Assembly (NCBI RefSeq): GCF_963921235.1
Contig: NC_086097.1
Span: 248,622,001 to 248,686,000 of the forward strand
DNA from: Mobula hypostoma
Lineage: Eukaryota
Reading direction: 5' to 3'
Length of the DNA: 64,000 nucleotides
This document shows, one piece after another, positions 13,348-24,791 of this stretch; position 1 is the first letter of the stretch, and each line of letters begins with the position of its first letter. A program made the translations under genes and the position numbers. The notes beneath the pieces were generated by a model that did no database searches, was not told the origin of the DNA, and saw only the letters and a program-made list of their open reading frames with translations.

Positions 13348-13808
13348 ATAGAAACATAGAAAACCTACAGCACAATACAGGCCCTTTGGCCCACAAAGCT
13401 GTGCCGAACATGTCCCTACCTTAGAACTACCTAGGCTTTACCCATAGCCCTCTATTTTTCTAAGCTCCATGTAGCCATCCAGGAGTCTCTTACAAGACCC
13501 TATTGTTTCCGCCTCCACCGCTGCTGCTGGCAGACCATTCCATGCATTCACCACCCTCTGTGTAAAAAACTTACCCCTGACATCTCCTCTGTACCTACTT
13601 CCAAGCACCTTAAAACTATGCCCTCTCATGCTAGACATTTCAGACCTAGGGAAAAGCCTCTGACTGTCCACAAGATCAATGCCTCTCATTATCTTGTACA
13701 CCTCTATCAGGTCACCTCTCATCCTCTGTCGCTCCAAGGAAAAAAGGCTGAGTTCACTCAACCTATTCTCATAAGGCATGCTCCCCAATCCAGGCAACAT
13801 CCTTGTAA

Positions 13809-14016
13809 CACACATAAAAATTGCTGGTGAACGCAGCACGCCAGGCAGCATCTATAGGAAGAGGTACAGTTGATGTCCTGACGAATGGTCTCGGCCTGAA
13901 ACGTCGACTGTACCTCTTCCTAGAGATGCTGCCTGGCCTGCTGTGTTCACCAGCAACTTTGATGTGTGTTGCTTGAATTTCCAGCATCTGTAGAGTTCCT
14001 CGTGTTTGCGTTTTTA
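13809..14016. mobile_element. Short inverted (palindromic) PLE terminus with 13-bp TSD
   Basis: AACATCCTTGTAA at 13796-13808 and 14017-14029; 13809-13875 is the reverse complement of the arm starting at about 13900. Confidence 0.85.
13875..13910 (+). ncRNA. Minimal hammerhead ribozyme motif
   Basis: gtc-CTGACGA-atggtctcggcct-GAAACGTC-gac; helix II weakened by one substitution. Confidence 0.6.
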
Positions 14017-15359
14017 AACATCCTTGTAAATCTCCTCTGCACCCTTTCCATGGTTTCCACATCCTTCCCGTAGTGAGGCGACCAGAATTGAGCACAGTAC
14101 TCCAAGTGGGGTCTGACCAGGGTCCTGTATAGTTGCAACATTACCTCTCGGCTCTTAAACTCAATCCCACGATTGATGAAGGCCAATACACTGTATGCCT
14201 TCTTAACCACAGAGTCAACCTGTGCAGCTGCTTTGAGCGTCCTATGGACTCGGACCCCAAGATCCCTCTGATCCTCCACACTGCCAAGAGTCTTATCATT
14301 AATGCTGTATTCTGCAACTTCCCATCCCCGTTCCGAAGTCCTGGTCTGTGACCTCCCCTAGACTAACCATTTCAATTCAACTTGTCATTCCCATTCTGAC
14401 GTCTCGGTCCGTGGCTTCCTCTAGATTGAAGATAGTTGAAAACCATTTCCAGTGCACAAGTGTAAAGGAGAACAAAATAATTGTTACTTCGGATCTGATT
14501 CAGCACAAAAAACCCTCAAAAGATAACTCACACAATGACAAATATAAATATACAAGATAACTTATAACTTGATTGTATGTCCATAAAGTGACGCTAGGCT
14601 ATTCATAAGGTGACTGACAGGGTTAGTGGGTGGATATGTCGATCAGCCTTGGGAAAGTAACTGTTTTTGAGTCTGGTGGTCCTGGTGTAGATGCTAAGTA
14701 GTCTCCTCTCTGATGGGAATCCATAAGCAGGGTGGGTGGCATAATGAAGCCACACTCAGGTTGGAGAAGCAACACCTCATATTCCATCTGGATAGCCTCC
14801 AACCCGATGGCATGAAGATTTGCTATTACAAAGTTCTGGTAATTTCTCCCCCTCTCTCCTTGTCTCTTTTTCCATTCCCCATTTTGACTCCCTTCTTACC
14901 CCTTCTCTTCCCCAATCATCCATGTGCCTATCTAAGAGTTTTTTAAATCCCCCGATTTCTTAAATGCCTCTGCTCCCCCACGCCCCACTGCAGGGTGTTC
15001 TAAGCACTCACCAGACTCTGTGTTAAGAACTTACCTCTGACATCCCCCCGCCATTCCTTCCTCCAATCACCTTCAACTTATGGTATTAGCCAGTTCTGCC
15101 TTTCACCTCCTTCTGATGGCCCTCCTCCTTCCCTTCCTTCCATGGTCCACTCCCCTCTCCTATCAGATCCTTCTTCTACCGCCCTTCAGCTCTTCCATCT
15201 ATCACCTCTCAGCTTCTGGCTTCATCTCCACCTTCCCCCTCACCTGGTCTCTCCTATCACCTGTCAGCTTGTACTCCTTCTCCTCTCTCCAACTTCTTGT
15301 CCTGATCTCTATCCTCTTCCTTTCCGGTCCAGCTGAAGGGTCTTGACCCGAAGCTCCAG

Positions 15360-15660
15360 CCTTCCCTTTCTTGATCATCAGGAAAATGGGCATGGCCCAT
15401 CACTCCATTCAACCTCGGAGAGAATGCCAGACGCCTCCAACTTCTGCAGTTCAGCATTTAGGACATAGTATGCAAGGCACTGGACGTGCTTCATAGAATC
15501 TAGGTGTTGCTGCTTTGTTCGGTTCAACTCTGGCCTTCACTGTCTTTGAGTTTACCAATTCCCTTCTCAAACACCTTCTCATTAGCATTAAGGAGCTGTG
15601 ACAGTCTCTGGTTTGTGCTATTGTTTGAGCTTCCATTGCCTACTGATGACACATGGAGAG
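15360..15660 (-). mobile_element. Gypsy (Mag/K02A2.6-like) pol fragment, protease-RT linker
   Basis: 'LSQLLNANEKVFEKGIGKLK' and 'ATPRFYEARPVP' on the minus strand, frameshifted. Confidence 0.7.
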
Positions 15661-16479
15661 CTAAAAACCTTTTACATAATAGCATCACCGTGTCAGACCA
15701 GCCTCTAAAAATGAAACCCCAACTCAATGTTGGTGGTTGTGAATTATGTACATTTCTCCCACTTCTGTTACGCTACAATGGTTTGGGCCAAAATGGGACA
15801 GATCTGGATATAATCATGTTGATAGACTGAGTCAGAGCTCTGCTATTAACAGGACGTTGCTTTATGATGCTCAGTTTTGTTACTAAAGGCGTGGAAACTT
15901 TAGTGAGCCTGCAGGGCCAGTGTGAGAATGTTCAGGGGCTCGAGTCTCGAGGGCCCTGATGAGATGCAGCCCAGCTTATTGAGAGCAACAAGAGCTGAGG
16001 TCACTGGAGCCTTTACCAAGATCTTCATGTCCTCTCTAGTCACAGGCAAAGGCCCAGAGAAATGGCTAGTAGTTAATGTTCTGCTGTTCAAGAAAGGAAA
16101 TAGAGAACATTCTGCCAGAAGTGGTGGTAGAGGAAACTTTTAGAGAGACACATAATGTGGGAGGGAAGCATTAAATTTATCTTGGAGTCAGATAAAAGGT
16201 AAGCACAGTATTACAGGCTGAAGGGCCTGTACTGTGCTGTAATATTCTATGTTCTTTGACTCTATGACCTACAGACTCATTTTCAAGGGCTTCTTACAAC
16301 TCATTCTCTCAGTGTTATTAGTATTTACACACTTTGCCTTCTTTTACACGTTGGTTAGTTGTCAGTCTTTGCCTGCTTATGTCGAGTTTTTGTAAACTGT
16401 GTTGTTCTTTCTGTAAATGCCCACAAGAAAATGATTCTCAAGGTGACATATGTGTGCTTTGATTTCCTTAAGGTTGTTA

Positions 16480-16950
16480 CAGGCGCGGGTGGTAGTGGCG
16501 ACAATCTCGTACTACCTATTAAATGCTCCCAGTGGTGTGCATCTCAAACAGCCTCTGACAGCCAAGTCCAGCTCCTGGCCTTTGTGTGTGAGCCCAGTGG
16601 AACTGACTCTACTGACCGGAGAAGGGGCAAGGGTGGGTTACTGGTGACTTAGAAATAGTTGCTTTGGGCAGATGGGGATTGTCGTCCATTGTTGGCAGCT
16701 CATTTAGGAGAAGGAGAACTCTGACCCCAAACCTCCGCTACCTTGCGGCTGTACCCACTCACGAGGAGAGCTTCGGGAGTAAACCCCGAGAAAAAAATCC
16801 AGGGGTGGTATCCCTAAGGCAGTCCCATGTTGAGTTCGAAGCTCATTGGCAACGGTGCTACTGCCATACTTTATCGTTCCTTTGGATTCCTCAGCTGCGT
16901 GGAGAGGGAGAGCCAGTTACATGCTCTCCATATCGTACTGCCCTAGACAG
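16480..16950 (+). mobile_element. RTE-related non-autonomous repeat (second copy about 47600-48170)
   Basis: The two copies align throughout; both contain the RTE 5'-region-like motif 'ggagaagga.aactctga...caaacc'. Confidence 0.6.
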
Positions 16951-17965
16951 CTGGGAGGCAACATTCATGGTTGAGCCCATGCTCTTTCTTTGCTTCATAG
17001 CTGCCTATGGGAAGATGAATCTCAGGGTTGTACACTGCATACATACTTTGATAAGAAATGTACTTTGAACTTTGACCTGCAGGACCACGGGACAGGAAAT
17101 GGAATAGAAATTGGTTTATTACAATCACGAGGGGTATAGATATGGTAAGTGCTGTTAGGGTGTATTCTGGGAATATAGCAGATATCAATTTAAGGAAGAA
17201 CCAATCATCAGTTCTTATTGTAAACTGCAACCATGGTTCCATGGTTGAGTAGTGGTTCGTGCAATGCCAACACAGGTCAGGATGTCTGGAGTTTGGAGTT
17301 TAATTCCAGAGTCACTCTGTGAGAAGTCTCGGTACATCCTCCCCGTGGAGTGCCTGGGTTTTCTCCAAGTCTTCTAGTTTCCTTACACAGTCCAAAGGCA
17401 TACCGGGTAGGTTAGTTGGTCATTTTAAATGAAATGAAATATCTTTATTGTCACTGCATAGTACAATTGTCATGCACCAATACAGCAAAAATGAGTTTGC
17501 AACTCTCGTACTCAATGTTATAAAACAACAAATAAAATAAATGAACAATAAATAAAATCAAGTAACCAGCCAGTACGAGCGATGTCCAGCAGTACAGAAG
17601 CACAACTCAGATGCATGACAGCCATAAAACCAGTATTAAAGTAGCAATATAACAAATTTATGGATGATGCTTGATCGATTGGTTCAGAGCAATTATAACT
17701 CTGGGGAAAAAGCTATTTTTCAGTCTGGAAGTGTGGGCATAGAAAATCTTATAACGTCTGCCGGATGGAAGAAGTTCAAACAGATGATTGCATGGGTGTG
17801 TATTGTCCTTACAGATGCTTGTAGCTTTCCTTGGGCAGGAGAGCTGTAGGTGTCCTCCAGGGCTGGGAGCTGTGTCCCGATGATCTTCTGTGCACTAGAG
17901 ACGACCCGCTGAAGTGCGTTCCCATCAGCTGCTGTGCAACTGAGATACCACACAGAGATGCAGTA

Positions 17966-18108
17966 AACAACAGGAATTCTGCAGATGCTGGAAATTCAAG
18001 CAACACACATCAAAGTTGCTGGTGAACGCAGCAGGCCAGGCAGCATCTGTAGGAAGAGGTGCAGTCAACGTTTCAGGCGGAGACCCTTCGTCAGGACTAA
18101 CTGAAGGA
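17966..18108 (-). mobile_element. 143-bp PLE terminus insertion with 12-bp TSD
   Basis: AGAGATGCAGTA at 17954-17965 and 18109-18120. Confidence 0.85.
18062..18099 (-). ncRNA. Minimal hammerhead ribozyme motif (GUU triplet)
   Basis: Minus strand reads tagtc-CTGACGA-agggtctccgcct-GAAACGTT-gactg. Confidence 0.65.
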
Positions 18109-19872
18109 AGAGATGCAGTATGTTAAGATGCTGTCTATGGTGCAGCGGTAAAAGGTCAGCAGCATCTGTTCAGGTAGACCAGCTTTCTTCAGCGTCCTGA
18201 GGAAAAACAAGCATTGCTGTGCTTTCTTAACTATTGTTGTGGTGTTAGTGGACCATATAAGGCCTTCTGAGATGTGTATTCCCAGAAACCTGAAACTGGA
18301 CACTCTCTCCACTATGTTAGTGTAGACTGGAGCATACTCGTCATCCCATGACTTTTCAAAGTTGATAATTAGCTCCTTAGTCTTTGCTGTATTCAGAGAC
18401 AGGTTGTTCTCTGAGCACCAGCTCACTGAGTTCTGTACCTCCGTTCTGTACCCTGATTCGTCTCTGTTGGAGATCAACCCGATTGGTGTTAAATGCAGGT
18501 AACACCAATTGTCCTGTGATGAGGTTAGGATTAATCGTGTTTGTCGGAGATTGCTCGGGCAGTGTAGCTCAAAGGGCTGGGAGAGCCTATACTGTGCTGC
18601 ATCTCTAAATAAGTAAAAAACTTTTAAAACTGAAGTTAAAAGCACAAGCTGACCCACACACTAAGGGATTGCATTTGCATCAGCCAAAAGTTAAAACAAT
18701 GGGGTTGTGTTAATTGCCCTGCATCAACCCAACAATTACATGTTTAAGTAAGTTACTCCATTGTAAATAAGCTCTGGGAGATGTCCCAATGAAACTATCT
18801 GAACATTCAGAGGTGTCTCCCAATGTGGATATGCGATTTAAAGGAACTAATTGTCAACCCAAAGTATTGAAGTAAACAATGTCATTGTTTCAGTCACGAT
18901 GGCACCTGTGCAGAACGTTCCTTTGGTCAACATCTTTTGGATAGATCATAAAGCCATCTTTTTCACTTCTTTTATGTCTTTGATATTTGTTTCTCATCTT
19001 GAGTGTGGTTGTGGAACTGTTGGAGCCTGTGCTTTGTTGTTAGGAGATCATTTGCATGCTTCAGCACTCTGCACTCTCCGGGAGGATTCCGGAAGACAGA
19101 GACAGCGTGCGTGCGTGGCCCTCATAGCGAGAAGGCTTCAGGATGGTGCATGAGCTGATGTTTGGACCCATTTTGCCAATTATAGCTTCCATTGTTTGCC
19201 GATTGAAAGCAATGAGGGTGATTGAAACTTTAAGGTGAGTGCAGAAGTTTGGAGATCATTTGCCTGTTCAGGCGCTGTGCCGTCTGGGAGACAGAAACAG
19301 TGCGTGGGAACCTCGAGGTGGGCAGGCTGCAGGACAGGGCACAAACCCATGCTTGGCTCCAGTTTGCCGATTAAAGCTCATTTTGTTCACTGATTAAAGC
19401 AACGAGGGAGATTGAAGCATCGAAGCAAGAGCGGAGAGTGACCGTCAGCTGCCTGTCTTTTGATTGCCCTGTACCAGAGAGGGAAAGGTCTGTCGCTGGG
19501 CCTGGAGAGTGTTCCCCAGGTTTTTCTGCGTTTTGGATGTGGACTTTGGACTGTAGACTTTTTTCAGTCTTATGCTTTTTATATTTCGTGTTTTTTTCAT
19601 CCGATCTTCTCATTTTTTTTGTGTGGGGAGGGGCTTTGGGAATCAATGTGCCAGGTCCACTTTATTTGCTTTTTTGGTGTAGGGAGGGGGATTTGGTGTT
19701 GATGCACCTGTTCTGTTTTTTTTTTGTTCATTTTTTTTGTGGGGAGGTGGAATTTGGGGATTGATGACCATGCTGCCTTTGTTTTCTTTCTTGGTTTCAT
19801 GGTTACCCAGAGGATTGAAGAATTTCAGAGTAGTATACTTTGATAATAAATGAACCTTTGAACCTTTGTAAC

Positions 19873-20058
19873 TGTTGTAACTGTTGAAACTGTATTGAAA
19901 CACCTATTGACCTTAAGGGTATAAAAATGAAATGTACTTTTGAGTTCGTGGGACTCTACCATGAGTGTCTCCATAACAATACCTGCTTGTTATGATGAAT
20001 TAAGACTTTTATATCTCCAGTTTCTGTGTCTCTCTGCTGAATTCGATCAATTACAACA
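19873..20058 (+). mobile_element. Possible solo LTR
   Basis: TGTTGTAACTG...CAATTACAACA terminal inverted repeat (10/11 match) and internal GGGTATAAAA; no TSD seen. Confidence 0.4.
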
Positions 20059-20124
20059 AATGTATACGGCCTTTTCCACTGAGATTGGGTGAGACTGGAA
20101 CCTCATAAGATTAGTGTAAGGTTA

Positions 20125-22575
20125 AGACCATAAGGTGTAGGAGAAAAATTAGGCCATTTGGCCCATCAAGTCTGCTCTGCCATTTCATCATGGCTGATCC
20201 AATTTTTCTCGCAGCCCCAGTCTCCTGCCTTTTCCCTGTATCCCTTCATGCCCTGACGAATCAAGAATCTATCAATCCCTGCCTTACATATACATAAAGA
20301 CTTGGCCTCCACAGGTGCCTGTGGCAAGGAATTTCACAGATACAACACTCTCTGGCTAAAGAGAGTGGTATAGCAGCCTGTCAAAGGCCTTCTGAAAATC
20401 CAAGTACACACCTTCAATCCACTCTCCTTCATCTATCCTGCTTATTACTTCTTCAAACAATTCCAAAAGATTGTCCGGCAAGATTTTCCCTTGAGGAAAC
20501 CTTGCTGACAATGGCCTATTTTATCATGTGCCTCCTGAGACCTCATCCTTAATGATCGATTCCAACATCTTCCCAGTCACTGAGGTCAGACTAACTGGCC
20601 TATAGCTTCCTTTCTTCTGCCTCTCTCCCTTCTTGAAGAGTGGAGTGACATTTGCAATTTTCCAATCTTCTGGAACCATTCCAGAATCTAGTGGTTATTG
20701 AAACATCGTTACTAATGCCTCCACGATTTCTTCAGCCACCTCTTTCAGAACTCTGGGGTGTAGTCCATCTGGTCCAGGTGATCTATCTACCTCCAGACCT
20801 TACAGTTTACCAAGAACTTTTTCTCTAGTGATGCCCCCTGACACCTGGAACTTTCACCATACTGCTAGTGTCTTGCACAGTGAAGACTGACGTACAATAT
20901 TTATTCAGTTCATCCGCTATTTCGTTGTCCCTATTACTACCTCTGCAGCATCATTTCTAAAGGTCCAATATCCACTCTCACCTCTCTTTTACATCTTATG
21001 TATCTGAAGAAACTTTTGGTATCTTCTTTAATATTATTGGCTAGCTTACTTTTGTATTCCATCTTTAACTACGTCGGGTCTCACCGATATTAGTTCCCTT
21101 CTGTTGGTGTTGAAAGTCTTCCCAATCTTCTAAGTTCCCACTAAATTTTTGCTCTGCTAAATGCACTCTCTTAGACTTTTATGAGCAGCACCCACAAAAT
21201 GAGGAACTCAGCAGGCCAGGTAGCGTTGATGGAAAAGATTACAGTAGACGTTTTGAGCCGAAACCCATCGGCAGGACTGGAGAAAAAACGCTGAGCAGTA
21301 GATTTAAAAGGTTGGGGCAGGGAAGAGAGAACTACCAGGTGATAGGTGAAACCTGGAGGGGGAGGGATGAAGTTAAGAGCTGGGAAGTTGATGGTAAAGG
21401 AGACAGAAGGCCATGGAAGAAACAAAAGGGGAGGAGCACCAGAGGAAGGCAATGCACAGGCAAGGAGATAGGGTGAGAGAGGGAACAGGGGACGGGAAAT
21501 GGTGAAGGGCGAGGCGGGGGGCATTATTGGATGTTAGAAAAATTGATGTTCATGTCATCAGGTTGAAGGCTACTCAAATGGAATATAAGGTGCTGTTCCT
21601 CCAACCTAAGTGCGACCTCATCACGACAGTATGGACATTTCGGAGTGGGAATGGGTGACCACTGGGAGATCCTGCTTGTTCTGGTGGACGGATCATAGAT
21701 GCTAGGCAAAGTGGCTCCCAATCTACGTCGGGTCTCACCGATATACAAGAGGCCACACCGGGAGCACCGAACACAGTATATGACTCCAACAGACTCACAG
21801 GTGAAGTGTCACCTCACCTGGAAAGACTGTTTGGGGCCCTGGATGGTATTGAGGGAGGAGGTGGAGGGGCAGGTGTAGCACTTGTTCCAGTTGCAAGGAT
21901 AGGTACCAGGAGGGCGATCAGTGGGGAGGGATGAATGGACAAGGGAGTCGCGTAGGGAGCGATCCCAGCAGAAAGCAGAAAGTGGCGGGGGGGGGGGAGG
22001 GAAAGATGTGCTTGGTGGTGGGATCCTGTTGGAGGTGGCGGAAGGTTTGGAGGATTATGTGCTGGACATGGAGGCTGGTGGGGTAGTAGGTGAGGACAAG
22101 GGGAACCCTATCCCTGGTGGTGTGGCGGGAGGATGGGGTGAGGGCAGACATACATGAAATTGTCACACCACCAGGGATAAGGTTTACTCCACTGTAATAC
22201 TGATACATCTGACTTTGGCTTCTCCTTGTAAAATTTCAGGGTGAATTTGATCATATTATGATCACTTTCTCCTAAGGGTTCTTTTATCTTACACTCTCTA
22301 ATCAATTCTAGTTCATTGCACAATACCTGATCCAGAATAGCTGATCCTCCAGTGAGCTCAACCACAGGCTGCTCTAAAAAGCCATCTTGTAGGCACTTTA
22401 GAAATTCCCCCTACTGTAATCCAGTACCAACCTGATTTTCCCAATTTACCTACATATTGAAATCCTCCATGACTATTGTACCATTGTCCTTTTGGCATTC
22501 ATATTCTACCTCCCACTGTAATATGTAGGCCACATCCATATGACTATTTGGGGTCTGTATCCATCTCCCATCGGG
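20125..22575 (-). mobile_element. Decayed, internally deleted CR1 LINE interrupted by a PLE
   Basis: 3' tail at about 20125-20135 and 'GSAILDQVLCNE...EPLGESDHNMIKF' at about 22190-22365; homologous to 56270-59652. Confidence 0.75.
21183..22160 (-). mobile_element. Penelope-like element fragment with GIY-YIG endonuclease remnant
   Basis: 'RDRVPLVLTYYP', 'YIGETRRRLG' and 'LRLEEQHLIFHLSSLQPD.MNI'; degenerate HHR at about 21242-21279. Confidence 0.85.
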
Positions 22576-23524
22576 GTTAAGGGTGAAAGGTGAAATGTTT
22601 ACGGGGAATCTGAGGGGAACTTCTTCAGTCAGAGGGTGGTGAAAGTGGGAAACCAGCTGCCAGTGGATGTGATGGATGCTGGTTCAATTTCAATGTTTAA
22701 TAGGTACATGGATGGGAGGGATATGGAGGGTTATGGTCCAGGTGTAGGTCAATAGAACCAGGGAGAAGTTTGGATAGGTACATGGGATGGGAGGGGTATG
22801 GAGTGCTATGGTCCCTGTGCAGATGGATGGGACTAGGCAGATTAAAAGTTCAGTATGGACTAGATGGGCTGAAGGGCCTTTTTCTCTGCAGTAGTGCTCT
22901 ATGTATCGAGACACAGTAAAAACACTGTCATGCATATGGTTCATACCGATCAGATCATTACACAGTGTACTGAGGTAGAATACAATAAACCATAATAATG
23001 CAGAATAAAGTGTAAAGGATAGAGGGAAAGTGCAGTTCAGGTAGACAGTAAGGTGCAGTTTCATACGGAGGTAGATAAAAGTCTATCTTATTGTACAAAA
23101 GGTACGTTCTAGAGTCTGATAACTGTGAGAAAGAAGCTGTCCTTGAGAATAGTGCTACATGGCTTCAGGCTTTTGTGTCTTCTGCGCTTTGGGAGGGGGG
23201 AGAAGAGAGGATGTCCGGGTTGGGAGGGATCTTTGATGCTGAACTGCGGCAGCAAGAAGTGTAGACAGAGTCCATGGAGGGGAGGTTGGTTCCTGTGAAG
23301 TACTGAGCTTATCCACAGCTCTATGAAAACCGTAAATCCACGGAGGTGGGGTGGGGCCTGGTTTCCGTCATGTGCTGGGCAGTGTCTTCTGTATGAAACA
23401 GACAGTGGCTGCTGCTGCAGCCCATGATACACACAGCTACTCTCTGGTTGGCAAGATCCTAAGATAGTAGAGACATAGGTAATCCAGGGTGGAAATGGCT
23501 CGGATGAGGGAGCATCCTTTGGAG

Positions 23525-24147
23525 GACTGGTCCCCAGCCTCCGGGCCACGGACCGATACCGGACTGCGAAGCATGCAGGGGTGCAGCGGTAACTGGAACG
23601 CACCCAGCACATCATTAAGAAAAAAGCCAAAATAAGCAAGCCAATTAATTAGGTGCTGCCCAGAAGCCAGTCTTCATTAGAGGAACTGAGGTGGAGAGGG
23701 TCAATAACTTTAAATTCTTCAGCATTAAGGATCGACGTTTCTCTCTCTGAAAAGTGTCAGAGGATCTGTCCTGGGACCAGCACGTAACTGTCATTACAGA
23801 GAAAGCACGGCAGCGCCTATACTTCATTAGAAGTTTGTGTAGATTCAACATGTCACCTCGATCCTGACAGCCCTGTCTTTTCAGCCTGTCTGGGCTGGCG
23901 TTTAAATTGACCAAACAATGGAACAGCTAAAGGCTCCAGCGCCCTGGAAAGAGGAGAGAACATCACGTAGAGCAAGTGAAATCGGTAATCACCTCTGATC
24001 TGAGCCGACATTTACGTGCTGGGCGGCACCTAATTAATTAGCTCGTTTATTTCGGCTTTTTTCTTAAAGGTGTGCTGGGTGCGTCCCAGCTACCGCTGCA
24101 CCCCTGCACCCCTGCATTCTTCACGGCCCGGAGGCTGGGGACGACTA
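23525..24147. mobile_element. hAT-superfamily MITE with about 130-bp imperfect TIRs and 8-bp TSD
   Basis: CTTTGGAG at 23517-23524 and 24148-24155; ends gactggtcccca... and ...tggggacgacta; arms 23525-23663 and 24019-24147 are reverse complements. Confidence 0.85.
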
Positions 24148-24583
24148 CTTTGGAGGGATATATATGAGAATGTCAGAGGTAGTTTTTATACACAAAGAGT
24201 GGTGAGTGTGTGGAACACCCTGCCAGCAATGTTGAGAGAGATTAATACATCAGGGACATTTAAGAAGCTCTTAGATAGGCACATGGATGCTAGAAAAATA
24301 GAGGGCTACGTGGGAGGGTGAGATTGATCTTAGAGCAGGTTAAAAGGCTGGCACAACAATGTGGGCCGAAGGGCCTGTACTGTGCTGTAGTGTTCCACGT
24401 CGTATGTTCTAATTTCTTAAAAGCAAAGCACGGCAGTGATCCAAAACAAAATCAAAACGGTCAATATTAGAGCATGTTTGAGGTTAAGGCGGCTGCTTGC
24501 GGAGTGAGAAGCGGAATTAAAGGCCCACTTTGCAGCCTTTTCATCAGAGAAATGGTTAAGGATTAATATTTATCAGGAAACCA

Positions 24584-24791
24584 GGGACTTTCCCATTGGG
24601 AACGATGACTCAGAAGTCTTACCACACTCCAAGGGAACAGACAGAATTCTGGTTTAGTATCTTGTCTGAATCAGAGTTGACCCTGAGGGGAAAATATTAT
24701 AGAGGACCCCTCGCAAGAGGTCTAAAGTAATGTAAACCTTCATTTGTCCACTCAAGGGGGCTCTTAGTCCCCTCCTATTTCCCATGAGTCA
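24584..24791 (+). promoter_or_regulatory. Candidate enhancer: NF-kB plus two AP-1 motifs
   Basis: GGGACTTTCC 24584-24593, TGACTCA 24606-24612 and TGAGTCA 24785-24791, in non-repetitive DNA. Confidence 0.35.

Larger units (their letters stand above)
13348..14312 (-). mobile_element. 5'-truncated CR1 LINE inserted in the 63-bp array
   Basis: 'QRDLGVRVH...LYRTLVRPHLEYCAQFWSPHY' and 'MRGDLIEVYKIMRG...FFTQRVVNAWN'; 3' tail of (ttctatg)-type repeats at about 13348-13362. Confidence 0.9.
17440..18445 (-). mobile_element. Rex/Babar-like LINE 3' fragment, interrupted by a PLE terminus
   Basis: 'WCSENNLSLNTAKTKELIINF...KKAQQCLFFLRTLKKAGL...FYRCTIDSILTYC'. Confidence 0.85.

Noticed and set aside
11821..13351. 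500-aa and 504-aa ORFs on opposite strands
   Set aside because: Both are by-products of a stop-free 63-bp tandem unit derived from a PLE; there is no splice or promoter context and no recognisable domain.
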